A program made the translations under genes and the position numbers. Below the pieces are notes generated by a model. The model searched no databases, was not told where the DNA came from, and was given only the letters and a program-made list of their open reading frames with translations. DNA of 64,000 nt, from assembly GCA_963555825.3 (NCBI GenBank), contig CAUVXB020000002.1, positions 1,888,001 to 1,952,000 on the forward strand, in the 5' to 3' direction. The stretch is from Alphaproteobacteria bacterium (GTDB lineage: Bacteria > Pseudomonadota > Alphaproteobacteria > JAAXGF01). Every line of letters starts with the position of its first letter. Position 1 is the stretch's first letter. This document shows, in pieces, positions 1 to 10,205 of this stretch.

Positions 1-365
1 GCAAGACCGATCGCCTGCGCCTCGATATCGACGTCCGGTCCGATGGCAACAATGGACTTTTGGTTTCGCTGCCCGGCGGCCATTTCGACGGCACCGCCAC
101 GGTCTGGCTGGCGCGCTTCGACGCCGAGCAGAAGACCAGCGTGACGCGCGGCGAGAACACCGGCCGCATGCTGCGCACGGTCAACGTGGTGCGCGACCTG
201 AGGCGCATCGGCAGCTGGACCGGCGCACCGGTCGACTTTCACCTGCCCGCGAGCCTGCTGACCGCCGGCGAGGGCGGCCGCGACGGCTGCGCGATAATCG
301 TCCAGATCGAAGGCCCGGGCGCCGTGCTCGGCGTCCACAAGATGGCGCTGACGGCGGGTTTCTGA
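1..365 (+). CDS. DUF1223-family thioredoxin-like protein, C-terminal part (5' end outside window)
   Basis: Motif V-x-RGEN-x-G-x-x-L-x-x-x-NVVR-x-L-x-x-IG-x-W-x-G typical of the DUF1223 C-terminus; stop at 363-365. Confidence 0.75.
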   Translation, partial: KTDRLRLDIDVRSDGNNGLLVSLPGGHFDGTATVWLARFDAEQKTSVTRGENTGRMLRTVNVVRDLRRIGSWTGAPVDFHLPASLLTAGEGGRDGCAIIVQIEGPGAVLGVHKMALTAGF

Positions 366-371
366 CTTATT

Positions 372-511
372 GTGCGGTCACCTAAAGCTGACCTGCGCTC
401 AATCGCCGCGCATGCCAATCTTATGGGAACAAGACCGGCCGAACGGTCGGCGGCCCGCGGTCGCGGGCTGTTGGAATGCTACCGAGCCTGATCGATCGGA
501 TTTTGCGCTAG
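372..511. repeat. Palindromic intergenic repeat family, copy A
   Basis: Shares GACCTGCGCTCAATCGCCGCGCATGCCAATCTT, GGCCGAACGGTCGG and ATCGATCGGATT...TAG blocks with copies at 9057, 11731, 24843, 26398. Confidence 0.8.
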
Positions 512-518
512 GGCAGCC

Positions 519-2411
519 TCAGGCGGCGCCCTTGGTCATGACGGCGGCCATGCGGCGTGCGAAGGCCTGGATGTCGGCCGGCGGTTCGCCCTCGAGAATG
601 CGCGCCTGATCGAGCAATAGATGCGCCGCGTCGGCCAGCTCGTCGGCCGCGCCCTCGGCGCCGACGCGCTTGGCCAGCGCGCGGATCATCGGGTGCTTGG
701 GGTTGATCTCGAGGATGCGCGCGGCCGATTGCCCGACCCGGTCGTGCTGCTTCAAGAGTCGCTCGATGTGCATGTCGAGGTCGCCCTCGCCGGCGACCAG
801 GCAGACCGCGCTGTCGGTCAGCCGCGCCGAGACGCGGACGTCCTTGACGGCGTCCTTCAGCGTCAGTTTGGCGAGCGCGATGAGGTTGTCGATGTCGGTG
901 TCGCCGACACCGTCTTCCGGCGCCGCCTCATCCTCGTCCTTCGCTTCGATTGCGATCGCGTCGAGGTCGAGGTCGCCCTGGGTGACCGATTTGAAAGGCT
1001 TTTCGGCGTGGGTTTGCATCGCCGGCATCCAGAACTCGTCGACCGGGTCGGAGAGCAGCAGCACCTCGACGCCGCGCGCCGCGAAGGCCTCGATCTGCGG
1101 GCTCTTGCGCAGCGCCTCGACGCTCTCGCCCGAGATGTAATAGATCGCCGTCTGGCCTTCCTTCATGCGCCCGACGTAGTCGTCGAGGCTCGTCAGGTCC
1201 TCGCTCGCGGTCGAGTGGAAGCGGGCGATCGCGATCAGGCGTTCGCGGTTCTCCGTGTCCTCGTAGATGCCCTCCTTGAGCACCGCGCCAAAATTGGCCC
1301 AGAAGGCGGCGTATGCCTCGGGCGCCTTCTCGGCCTTCTTCTTGAGCTCGCCGAGGACGCGCTTGATCAGGCCAGAGCGGATCTTGGCGACCACTGGGTT
1401 GTTCTGCAGCATCTCGCGGCTGACGTTGAGCGGGATGTCTTCAGAATTGACGATGCCGCGCAGGAAGCGCAGATAGCCGGGCACCAGGTCCTCGCAGTCG
1501 TCGGTGATGAAGACGCGCCTGACGTAGAGCTTGATGCGCGAGGCGCGGGTCGGGTCGAACAGGTCGATCGGCCGCGCGTCGGGCACGAACAGCAGGTTGG
1601 TGTAGTCGAGCTTGCCCTCGACCCGGTTGTGGATGGTCAGCCAGGGCTGACCGAACATGTGGCCGACGTGGTGGAAGAACTCGGCGTATTGTTCCTCCGA
1701 GATGTCCTTCTTGGGCCGCGTCCAGAGCGCCGAGGCCGAATTCACCGTCTCGGCCGCGGCGCCGTCGGCGGTCAGCTGGATGGGCAGCGCGATGTGGTCC
1801 GAATAGGTCTTGATGATGTGGTTCAGGCGCGTCGCGTCGAGGAACTCCTTGGCGTCCTTGCGCATATTCATGGTGACCGCCGTGCCGCGCGCGACCTCGC
1901 CCTCGGCGGGGCCGACGGTGAATTCGCCCTGGCCGTCGGAGCGCCATTGCCAGCCCTGGTCCTCGCCCGCCTTGCGGCTGGTGACGACGACCTCCTCGGC
2001 GACCATGAACGCCGAGTAGAAGCCGACGCCGAACTGGCCGATCAGCCCGACGTCCTTGGCCGCTTCGCCGCTCAGCTGCTCGACGAAGGCCGAGGTGCCC
2101 GAGCGCGCGATGGTGCCGAGCTCGGTAATCAGCTCGTCATGGCCCATGCCGATGCCGTTGTCGGCGACGGTGATCGTCTTGGCCTTGGCGTCGAGCGTGA
2201 CGGTGACCTTGAGCTCGGCGTCGCCGGCGGTCAGTTCGGGCGCGGTCAGCGCCGCGTAGCGCAGCCGGTCGCAGGCGTCCGAGGCGTTCGAGATGAGCTC
2301 GCGCAGGAAGATCTCGCGTTCGCTGTAGAGCGAATTTGCGACGATGTGCAGAAGTTTGCCGACCTCGGCTTCGAAGCTGCGCTGTTCGGGGGCTTGGACT
2401 TCGGCTGTCAT
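519..2411 (-). CDS. htpG: Molecular chaperone HtpG (Hsp90)
   Basis: FEAEV..LLH...SLYS.REIFLRELISNASDA, IGQFGVGFYSAF, KLYVRRVFI motifs; start taken at MTAEV. Confidence 0.97.
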   Translation of the reverse strand: MTAEVQAPEQRSFEAEVGKLLHIVANSLYSEREIFLRELISNASDACDRLRYAALTAPELTAGDAELKVTVTLDAKAKTITVADNGIGMGHDELITELGTIARSGTSAFVEQLSGEAAKDVGLIGQFGVGFYSAFMVAEEVVVTSRKAGEDQGWQWRSDGQGEFTVGPAEGEVARGTAVTMNMRKDAKEFLDATRLNHIIKTYSDHIALPIQLTADGAAAETVNSASALWTRPKKDISEEQYAEFFHHVGHMFGQPWLTIHNRVEGKLDYTNLLFVPDARPIDLFDPTRASRIKLYVRRVFITDDCEDLVPGYLRFLRGIVNSEDIPLNVSREMLQNNPVVAKIRSGLIKRVLGELKKKAEKAPEAYAAFWANFGAVLKEGIYEDTENRERLIAIARFHSTASEDLTSLDDYVGRMKEGQTAIYYISGESVEALRKSPQIEAFAARGVEVLLLSDPVDEFWMPAMQTHAEKPFKSVTQGDLDLDAIAIEAKDEDEAAPEDGVGDTDIDNLIALAKLTLKDAVKDVRVSARLTDSAVCLVAGEGDLDMHIERLLKQHDRVGQSAARILEINPKHPMIRALAKRVGAEGAADELADAAHLLLDQARILEGEPPADIQAFARRMAAVMTKGAA

Positions 2412-2462
2412 GGCTACTCTTTCGGTGTCTTCGACGATGTGGCGATCCGCAATTGCGCGCTG

Positions 2463-2493
2463 CATATGGCCCAATTTGGCCCAAGGTTCAAGC
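2463..2493 (-). promoter_or_regulatory. Putative RpoH (sigma-32) promoter of htpG
   Basis: Minus strand CTTGAA ... GCCATAT upstream of htpG resembles the alphaproteobacterial heat-shock promoter consensus. Confidence 0.6.
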
Positions 2494-2537
2494 GTTGAGC
2501 CTTGCAATCGCCCGACGAAGCTCCGATTCTCAGCGTT

Positions 2538-5048
2538 ATGACATCGTCAACCGACACCGCGCCGCGGCTCATCGCCGTGCTCGGCCCGACCAACACCGGC
2601 AAGACGCATCTCGCGGTCGAGCGCATGCTGGGCCACACCAGCGGCATCATCGGCCTGCCGCTGCGCCTGCTCGCGCGCGAGGTCTACGACCGCGTCGTCG
2701 AGCGCGCCGGCCGCGGCGCCGTGGCGCTGGTCACCGGCGAGGAAAAGCTGGTGCCGGCCAACCCGCGCTACTTCGTCTGCACGGTCGAGGCGATGCCGCT
2801 CGACCACCAGACCGCCTTCGTCGCGATCGACGAGATCCAGCTCTGCGCCGACGCCGAGCGCGGCCACGTCTTCACCCATCGCCTGCTGCACGCGCGCGGC
2901 CGCGAGGAGACCATGCTGCTCGGCGCCGAGACGATCCGCCCGCTGATCCGCCGGCTGGCGCCCGACGCGTCCTTCGTCACCCGGCCGCGACTTTCCAAGC
3001 TCAGCTATGCCGGGGCGGCCAAGCTGACGCGCCTGCCGCCACGCAGTGCGGTGGTCGCGTTCTCGGCCGCCGACGTCTACGCGATCGCCGAGTATCTCAG
3101 GCGCCAGCGCGGCGGCACGGCGGTCGTCTTGGGCGCGCTCAGCCCGCGCACGCGCAACGCCCAGGTCGCGCTCTATCAGGCCGGCGAGGTCGACTACATG
3201 GTGGCGACCGACGCCATCGGCATGGGTCTCAACCTCGACGTCGACCACATTGCCTTCGCCAGCCTGCGCAAGTTCGACGGCCGTGTCGAACGGGCGCTGA
3301 GCGCGGCGGAAGTCGCCCAGATCGCGGGTCGCGCCGGGCGCCACATGAACGACGGCAGCTTCGGCACGGCGAGCAATGTCGGCCCGCTCGACCCGGCCAT
3401 CGTCGAGGCGGTCGAGAACCACCGGTTCCCGAAGCTGCGCCACATCAACTGGCGCAACGGCCGGCTGCGCTTCGAATCGCTCAAGGCGCTGCTGCGCAGC
3501 CTCGACGAGGCGCCGCCGGCGCGCGAACTGTCGCGCGCGCCCGACGCCGACGACCATCTGTCGCTCGCCGCGCTGGCGCGCGACGATGCGGTCACGCGCG
3601 TCGCCACCAACCCCGACGCCGTGCGCCTGCTGTGGGACGTCTGCCAGACCCCCGACTACCGCAAGGTCATGGCCGACGCCCACGTCCGCATGCTCGGCCA
3701 GATCTACCACCATCTGATGCATGGCGACGAGCGCTTGCCGACCGATTGGATCGGCCGGCTGGTCGACCGTCTCGACCGCACCGACGGCGACATCGACACG
3801 CTGTCGGCGCGCATCGCCCATGTGCGCACCTGGACCTATGTGTCGAACCGGACCGGCTGGCTCGCCGACCCGGCGTATTGGCAGGGCCGCACGCGTGCCG
3901 TCGAGGACCGCCTGTCGGACGCCCTGCACGAGCGCCTGACCCAGCGCTTCATCGACCGCCGCACGGCGGCGCTGTCGCGGCGCATGAAGCACGACGGGCC
4001 GATCCACGCCGTGGTCGGTGACGATGGCGACGTCGCGGTCGAGAGCCATTTCATCGGCCGCCTCGTTGGCTTTCGCTTCGCCGCCGACGCGGCGAGCGCG
4101 CCCGAGGAGAGCAAGGCGCTGTGGCACGCGGCGAAGCGCGCGCTGCGCAGCGAGATCGCGCGCCGCGCGGTCGCCCTGGCGGGCGACCCGGACGACGCCT
4201 TCACGATCGACGACGCGATGCGGGTACTCTGGCGCGGTGCGCCGGTGGCGCGTCTGGTCGCGGCCAAGGACGTGCTGCGCCCGCGCGTCGAGCCGTTGAC
4301 CAGCGAGTTGCTCGAAGCGCCGGCACGCGACAAGATCCGCCAGCGTCTCGACGCCTGGCTGGTGGCGCGGCTGGCAGCCGACATCGGCCCGCTAACGGCG
4401 CTGCGCGAGGCCGCTCTCGAGGGCGCGGCACGCGGCGTCGCCTATCAGGTCTCCGAAGCCCTCGGCGCGCTGCCGCGGCGCGCCGTCGAACAGCAACTGC
4501 GCGCGCTCACGCCCGCCGACCGCAAGGCGCTCGGCCGGCTCGGCCTGCGCATCGGCAGCGAGGCCGTCTATCTCGCGCCGATGATCGAACCCCACGCGAT
4601 CGCCGCGCGCGCCCTGTTGTGGACGGTCAACGGCAAGCGCCCGGCGGTGCCCGCGGCGCCCGCGCGGAACGCGTTCTCGCTCGCCGTCGACACAAAGCTG
4701 CCGGTCGGCTTCTACGCCGCGCTCGGCTACCGCGTCGTCGGCGGCTGCGCGTTTCGCGTCGATGTCGTCGAGCGCATCGCCGCCAAGGCGCGCAAGCTCG
4801 CCAGGCTCGGACCGTTCACGCCGGGCGCCGACCTCGCATCGCTCGCGCGCTGCAATCCGGCCGACGTCGGTGCGCTGTTGGCCTCGATCGGCTACCGCGC
4901 CGAGCCGCCCGACGCCGGCGGCCTGGTCTGCTACGTCTGGCCCGACAAGCCACGAAGCAAGCGCGCCAGCGGCAAGCCGGCGCGCCGTCGCGGTGGCGAC
5001 GCCGCCTCGCCGTTCGCCAAACTCGCGGAGCTCGGCCTCGGCGAATGA
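2538..5048 (+). CDS. SUV3/MgpS-like ATP-dependent helicase
   Basis: GPTNTGKT Walker A, DEIQ, ATDAIGMGLN, QIAGRAGR helicase motifs. Confidence 0.92.
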   Translation: MTSSTDTAPRLIAVLGPTNTGKTHLAVERMLGHTSGIIGLPLRLLAREVYDRVVERAGRGAVALVTGEEKLVPANPRYFVCTVEAMPLDHQTAFVAIDEIQLCADAERGHVFTHRLLHARGREETMLLGAETIRPLIRRLAPDASFVTRPRLSKLSYAGAAKLTRLPPRSAVVAFSAADVYAIAEYLRRQRGGTAVVLGALSPRTRNAQVALYQAGEVDYMVATDAIGMGLNLDVDHIAFASLRKFDGRVERALSAAEVAQIAGRAGRHMNDGSFGTASNVGPLDPAIVEAVENHRFPKLRHINWRNGRLRFESLKALLRSLDEAPPARELSRAPDADDHLSLAALARDDAVTRVATNPDAVRLLWDVCQTPDYRKVMADAHVRMLGQIYHHLMHGDERLPTDWIGRLVDRLDRTDGDIDTLSARIAHVRTWTYVSNRTGWLADPAYWQGRTRAVEDRLSDALHERLTQRFIDRRTAALSRRMKHDGPIHAVVGDDGDVAVESHFIGRLVGFRFAADAASAPEESKALWHAAKRALRSEIARRAVALAGDPDDAFTIDDAMRVLWRGAPVARLVAAKDVLRPRVEPLTSELLEAPARDKIRQRLDAWLVARLAADIGPLTALREAALEGAARGVAYQVSEALGALPRRAVEQQLRALTPADRKALGRLGLRIGSEAVYLAPMIEPHAIAARALLWTVNGKRPAVPAAPARNAFSLAVDTKLPVGFYAALGYRVVGGCAFRVDVVERIAAKARKLARLGPFTPGADLASLARCNPADVGALLASIGYRAEPPDAGGLVCYVWPDKPRSKRASGKPARRRGGDAASPFAKLAELGLGE

Positions 5049-5446
5049 GCGAAGACCGCCAGCGCCTCGACAAGTGGCTCTGGTACGCGCGCTTCTTCAA
5101 GACGCGTTCGCTCGCCACCCGCGTCTGCGCCGCCAGCCGAGTACGGATCAACCGCGTGGTCGTCGCCAAGGCGAACGCGGCGGTCAAGATCGGCGACGTG
5201 CTGACCTTTCCGCAGGCGAGCCGCATCCGTGTCGTCGAGGTCGCCGCGCTCGGCGAACGACGCGGTCCGGCGGCCGAGGCGCGGGCGCTCTACACCGATC
5301 TCGTGCCCGATGAGCCGGTGGTCGGCAAGACGGCTGCCGGCGAGACGGCTGCGCCCGCGCCACGCGCACGCGGTGCTGGCCGGCCGACAAAGGCCGAGAG
5401 GCGCGCGACCGAGCGCCTCAAGCGCGGCGATGCGGACGCCGTTTGA
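5045..5446 (+). CDS. hslR: S4-domain RNA-binding protein (Hsp15/HslR-like)
   Basis: RLDKWLWYARFFKTRSLA and GRPTK.ERR motifs; ATGA overlap with the helicase. Confidence 0.9.
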   Translation: MSEDRQRLDKWLWYARFFKTRSLATRVCAASRVRINRVVVAKANAAVKIGDVLTFPQASRIRVVEVAALGERRGPAAEARALYTDLVPDEPVVGKTAAGETAAPAPRARGAGRPTKAERRATERLKRGDADAV

Positions 5447-5510
5447 GCGGGCCAAAGCCGCATAATTCCTATGGTTGTGCGAGTCGCCGCCGTTGTGATA
5501 GGCAGTGCGC

Positions 5511-5996
5511 ATGATCGCACGCATCAAGGCACTGTTCGCCACCTTCGGCGCCAGCGAACCGGTCGTGTCAGAGGCCGCCGGCGTTGACGAGCTGCACCTC
5601 GCGGCGGCGGCGCTGCTCGCCGAGGCGGCGCTCGGCGACGACCGGTTCGACGACGTCGAACGGGTTGCCATCGGCCGCCTGCTGCGCGAACGCTTCGGTC
5701 TCGACGAGGATGACGTCGGGCGCCTGGTCGAGGCCGCGACGCAGCGCGCCAGCGACTCGGTACACCTGTTGCGTTTTACCCGTCGAATCAAGGATAACTT
5801 CTCGCCCGCCGAACGGGTCGAGTTGATCGAGATGATCTGGGAGGTCGTCTACGCCGACGGCGAGCTGCACGATTACGAGGATTCGTTGTTGCGCCGCATC
5901 GCCGGATTGATCTACGTGTCGGACCGTGACCGTGGAGCGGCGCGCAAACGCGTGCTTGAACGCCTCGCCGCGGCCCAACAGGAAGCGCCGGCCTGA
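5511..5996 (+). CDS. TerB-family protein
   Basis: [30 protein letters not shown] typical of TerB-like proteins. Confidence 0.85.
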   Translation: MIARIKALFATFGASEPVVSEAAGVDELHLAAAALLAEAALGDDRFDDVERVAIGRLLRERFGLDEDDVGRLVEAATQRASDSVHLLRFTRRIKDNFSPAERVELIEMIWEVVYADGELHDYEDSLLRRIAGLIYVSDRDRGAARKRVLERLAAAQQEAPA

Positions 5997-6037
5997 CCGG
6001 GGGCACCGGCCGCGCGAATTCTCGACTGGAGAGACGA

Positions 6038-6379
6038 ATGACGTACATCGTTAACGATTCCTGCATCAGATGCAAGCTCATGGACTGCGTCGAGGTATGC
6101 CCCGTCGACTGCTTCTACGAGGGCGAGAACATGCTTGTCATCCACCCCGACGAGTGCATCGATTGCGGCGTTTGCGAACCCGAATGCCCGGTCGAGGCGA
6201 TCCTGCCCGATACCGAGGGCGACGTCTCCAAATGGGTCGAGTTCAACCGCGACTATTCCGAGCAGTGGCCCAACATCACGCGCATGGGAACCCCGCCCGC
6301 GGATGCCGACGCGTGGCGGGACGTGCCCGACAAGATGAAGTACTTCAGCGCCAACCCGGGGTCGTCGGGGGAAGGTTGA
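6038..6379 (+). CDS. fdxA: Ferredoxin (FdxA type)
   Basis: [19 protein letters not shown]...[13 protein letters not shown] cysteine pattern. Confidence 0.95.
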   Translation: MTYIVNDSCIRCKLMDCVEVCPVDCFYEGENMLVIHPDECIDCGVCEPECPVEAILPDTEGDVSKWVEFNRDYSEQWPNITRMGTPPADADAWRDVPDKMKYFSANPGSSGEG

Positions 6380-6640
6380 CGGCAAAGTTCGACGCGGTTT
6401 GACGTTGGATCGCGTCTAACCCCTGTATTTTTCGCGTTTTTATGCTATATTAGGCACAGAAATCGGGATCACCGATGCGTTTGGCCATGAGTGCGGATGG
6501 TAGGCCGAACGGGGGTGCCGGAGCGCACCCGATCACCGAGTGTTGCTTGTGCTGTTGTCCTTCGCGGGGACGGAACTCGCCTCGCGTGCGCCGGAATTCG
6601 ACCGTCGCGCACCAGGCCTATGAAAGTGAGAGACGTGAGT

Positions 6641-7138
6641 ATGACCAAGAAAATGGCATTCAGTGAGGGCGATTTCGTCGTCTATCCGACCCACGGGGTT
6701 GGCCGGGTCACCGGCGTCGAGTTCCAAAACATAGGCGACCTCGAGATCGAGGTCGTCGTAATTTCCTTCGACAAGGAAAAGATGACGCTGCGCGTGCCGG
6801 TCGACAAGGTGACGGGCGCGGGCATGCGCCGGCTGTCGACGCGCGAGACGATGAAGTCCGCGCTGACGACGCTGCGGGGACGCGCCCGCGTCAAGCGCAC
6901 AATGTGGAGCCGCCGCGCCCAGGAGTACGAGGCCAAGATCAATTCGGGCGACCCGATCTCGATCGCCGAAGTGGTGCGCGATTTGCACCGCGATACCGAT
7001 CAGCCCGATCGCTCCTACAGCGAGCGCCAGCTCTACGAGGCGGCGCTAGAGCGTCTTGCCCGCGAGTTCGCCGCGGTCGAGCAGATCGAGCCCGACACCG
7101 CCGCCGAGCGTCTCGAGAACATGCTCGCCGCCGCCTGA
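6641..7138 (+). CDS. carD: CarD-family transcriptional regulator
   Basis: VVYPTHGVG, MWSRRAQEYEAKINSGD, YSERQLYE motifs; usual position after fdxA. Confidence 0.93.
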   Translation: MTKKMAFSEGDFVVYPTHGVGRVTGVEFQNIGDLEIEVVVISFDKEKMTLRVPVDKVTGAGMRRLSTRETMKSALTTLRGRARVKRTMWSRRAQEYEAKINSGDPISIAEVVRDLHRDTDQPDRSYSERQLYEAALERLAREFAAVEQIEPDTAAERLENMLAAA

Positions 7139-7194
7139 GGCGCGCGCCGAACCCCGTCCAACCCTGCCCCGCGCTGCTCGCCGAGGACCGTGAA

Positions 7195-8007
7195 GTGACG
7201 GCGTCCCGGCTCGACAGCGCGAAATTCGCGATCCTGCGCCGGCCGCGGCGGGTCTGGACGGTCGCCGCCATCCACGGCGAGGCCGACCGCTTGGCCGCAC
7301 TCCACGATGCGATCGATGCGCGCTTCGAGCCAGGCGATCGGCTCGCCTATCTGGGCAACTATCTGGGCCACGGCCCCGAAATTCCGGCGACGCTCGACGA
7401 ACTGCTGCGCTTCCGGCGTGCGACCTTGGCGCGGCCCGGCATGATGGCCTGTGACATCGTATTCCTGCGCGGCGCGCAGGAGGAGATGTGGGCCAAGCTG
7501 TTACAGATCCATCTCGCCTTCAGCCCGACCGAGGTGCTCGAGTGGATGTTCGAGCGCGGCGTCGCGGCGACGCTCGAGGCCTATGGCGGCGATCCGCGGA
7601 GCGCCATGGCGCGCGCCCGGTTGAGCGCCGTCGAGCTGGCCCGCTGGACCTCGGAATTGCGCGACGCGATGAACGCCTATCCCGGCCATTACGTGCTGAT
7701 GACCGTGCTCCGGCGCGCCGCGGTGACCGACGACGGCACGCTCCTGTTGGTCCATGCCGGCGTCGACCCGAGCCGGCCGCTGGCCGCCCAGTCCGACGCC
7801 TTCTGGTGGGGCTCAGGCGGCTTCGATGCGATGACCGAGCCCTACGGCGGGTTCACCCTCGTGGTGCGCGGTTACGACCGCGCCGGCCAGGGCTTCCGCG
7901 TCACGCCGCCGACCGCGACGATCGACGGCGGCTGCGGCTCGGGCGGCGCCCTCCACGCCGCCTGCTTCGCGGCGGACGGCGAATTGGTCGACCACATCGA
8001 GGTCTGA
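7195..8007 (+). CDS. Metallophosphoesterase-like protein (degenerate motifs)
   Basis: AIHGE, YLGNYLG, LRGAQE, VHAG, IDGGC resemble a calcineurin-like fold with altered catalytic residues. Confidence 0.7.
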   Translation: MTASRLDSAKFAILRRPRRVWTVAAIHGEADRLAALHDAIDARFEPGDRLAYLGNYLGHGPEIPATLDELLRFRRATLARPGMMACDIVFLRGAQEEMWAKLLQIHLAFSPTEVLEWMFERGVAATLEAYGGDPRSAMARARLSAVELARWTSELRDAMNAYPGHYVLMTVLRRAAVTDDGTLLLVHAGVDPSRPLAAQSDAFWWGSGGFDAMTEPYGGFTLVVRGYDRAGQGFRVTPPTATIDGGCGSGGALHAACFAADGELVDHIEV

Positions 8008-8156
8008 AACCGAAACCTCGCGACCACCTCGCTCCGATCTCACACGGACGTGACTCGGCTTGATTCGGCTTTCGCCGTCCGGTTCCCCACAATTGTCGAA
8101 ACGGTCGAGCGCCGAGGATAACGGCCCGACTGTGCCAATTGCGAGGAGCGGGACGC

Positions 8157-9047
8157 ATGTCGGCCGTCGCCGAGAGTTTCGAGGTCCAAAGGGCCAATCG
8201 CCGTTTCATCAAGCAGTCGTTCCGCGCGCCGATGCTCGAGCGCGACCACGAGATGGCGCTGGCGCGGCGTTGGCGCGACGACGACGACGTCGACGCCATG
8301 CACGAGCTGGTGATCGCCTATTCCCGGCTGGTGATCAGCGCGGCGGCGCGCTACCGGGGCTACGGCCTGGCAATGGGCGATCTGATGCAGGAGGGCCTGG
8401 TCGGCCTGATGATCGCCGCCGAACGCTTCGATCCCGACCGCGGCGTGCGCTTCTCGACCTATGCCGGCTGGTGGCTGCGATCGTCGATGCAGGATTTCAT
8501 CCTGCGCAATTGGTCGGTCGTGCGAACCGGCACGACGGCGGCGCAGAAGACGCTGTTCTTCAACCTGCGCCGCCTGCGCGCGCGCCTCGAGGACGACGTC
8601 GACGGGCGGTTGAGCGACGTGGCGCGCGCCGGCATCGCCAGCGAGCTGCGCGTCGGCGTCAGCGACGTCGAGCAAATGGAAATGCGGCTCGCCGCGAACG
8701 ACCATTCGCTCAACCTGCGCGTCGGCGCCGAGGGCGACGATGAATGGCAGGACTTGTTGGTCGACGACGCGCCGTCGCCCGAGGACAACGCCGTCGCGAG
8801 CCATGACGCGACGACGCACGGCCGCTGGCTCGCCGTCGCGCTGGCCGAACTCTCGGCGCGCGAGCGCAAGATCATCCGCGCGCGCCGCCTCAGCGACGAT
8901 GCCGAGACCCTGGTGACCATCGGCAGCCGCCTCCGCATCTCCAAGGAGCGCGTGCGCCAGATCGAACACCGCGCCTTGGCGAAGCTGAAGGCGTCGATCT
9001 TGCGCCAGTCCGGCGTCGCCCCCGACCAAGCGCCATTCTACGGTTGA
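8157..9047 (+). CDS. RNA polymerase sigma-32 factor (RpoH2-like paralogue)
   Basis: DLMQEG..GLM.AA.RFDPDRGVRFSTYA.WW and RpoH box QK.LFFNLRR. Confidence 0.9.
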   Translation: MSAVAESFEVQRANRRFIKQSFRAPMLERDHEMALARRWRDDDDVDAMHELVIAYSRLVISAAARYRGYGLAMGDLMQEGLVGLMIAAERFDPDRGVRFSTYAGWWLRSSMQDFILRNWSVVRTGTTAAQKTLFFNLRRLRARLEDDVDGRLSDVARAGIASELRVGVSDVEQMEMRLAANDHSLNLRVGAEGDDEWQDLLVDDAPSPEDNAVASHDATTHGRWLAVALAELSARERKIIRARRLSDDAETLVTIGSRLRISKERVRQIEHRALAKLKASILRQSGVAPDQAPFYG

Positions 9048-9056
9048 CCTTCTTTA

Positions 9057-9316
9057 TGCGGTCACCTTTACGCGTCGCGTAAAGACGACCTGCGCTCAAT
9101 CGCCGCGCATGCCAATCTTTATCCCACAAGGGCTGGCCGAACGGTCGGTGGCCCGCGGTCGCGGGCTGGTTTGGCCCGAAGCGCTGGAGCGCCGCGTTTA
9201 GGCATAACCCGATCGATTTGATCGATCGGATTATGCCAGCCCGCGACCGCGGGCCGCCGCTAATGCGGCGAGAGCATGCGCGGCGATTGAGCGCAGGTCA
9301 CCGCAGGTGACCGCAC
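9057..9316. repeat. Palindromic intergenic repeat family, copy B (inverted dimer)
   Basis: Forward unit TGCGGTCACC...GACCTGCGCTCAATCGCCGCGCATGC and inverted unit GCATGCGCGGCGATTGAGCGCAGGTC...GGTGACCGCA between convergent genes. Confidence 0.85.
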
Positions 9317-9335
9317 AAAAGAGTCACACAAGAAT

Positions 9336-10109
9336 CTATTCCTCGATGACCTCGATCTGCTCGGGGTGGGTGACCTCGATGAGCGGCCCGTTGAAGCGCT
9401 TGACCCAACCGCGCACGCGCACGAGGCGGTCCTTGAGTGCGGCGAGGTCCCAGCCCTCGCGCTCGAACAGGCGGCGGTGGCGCGTCTCGATCGAAACCGT
9501 GAAGTCGGTCTTCCAGTCGACGTCGAAGTTGAGGTAGGTACGCGCGCGCCGCTCGGCGACGTCGAGGACGCGGCCGACGACCAGCTCGAAACCGTCGTAG
9601 GGCACCGCGCCCGGCACTGCGCGCCGCACGGCATAGAACCGATGCGCCCAGATGCCGCGCCGGGCGCCGCGCGCCGCCGCCTCGATCGCCAGCATCTCGG
9701 GCACCAGCGCGCGATTGTCGCGGAAGCTGTAGACCCGCGCCAGGCCGAGGCGCAGCATCTCACCCTGCAGCCACAGCCCGTCGGCGCGGTGGAGGTGAGC
9801 GAGCAGGCGGCCGTGGCGGTCGATGCGCCGCCCGCCGAAGGAGAGCGTCACCATGCGATCGAGCGCGAGCGCCTCGAGCGCGCCCTTGGCCTCGCCGGCC
9901 AGCGGCCAGGTCGGGAAATCGGGCCTGCCGAGCGGCAGCTTAGGCGCCTGGATGCCGACCATGCGGACCTGTTCGCCGGTGTCGAGCACGACGGTGTCGC
10001 CGTCGACCACCTCGACGACGCGCGCCGCGCCGCCGGCGGCCAGCTCGGCCACGGCCACGGCCGGTGCGGCGAGCCAAACGACGAGCAAGGCGAGGACATG
10101 GCGGCGCAT
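9336..10109 (-). CDS. Thermonuclease (SNase-like) family secreted protein with C-terminal OB-like domain
   Basis: Signal peptide; VVDGDT, VRMVGIQAP, DRHGRLLA, ARRGIW motifs. Confidence 0.9.
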   Translation of the reverse strand: MRRHVLALLVVWLAAPAVAVAELAAGGAARVVEVVDGDTVVLDTGEQVRMVGIQAPKLPLGRPDFPTWPLAGEAKGALEALALDRMVTLSFGGRRIDRHGRLLAHLHRADGLWLQGEMLRLGLARVYSFRDNRALVPEMLAIEAAARGARRGIWAHRFYAVRRAVPGAVPYDGFELVVGRVLDVAERRARTYLNFDVDWKTDFTVSIETRHRRLFEREGWDLAALKDRLVRVRGWVKRFNGPLIEVTHPEQIEVIEE

Positions 10110-10205
10110 GACGACCACTCTATCACGCGTCCGCGCATGCGGGCCTTGCCCCTGGTCGCGGCTTCTCTATGATCGGTCGCTTGGCGCCGCGCACCGGGGG
10201 CAAGC

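Noticed and set aside
621-2498. Long antisense or alternative-frame ORFs (e.g. 621-2498, 2547-4127, 40303-42513, 43371-45218)
   Set aside because: Shadow ORFs of high-GC genes; they overlap well-supported genes and show no recognisable motifs.
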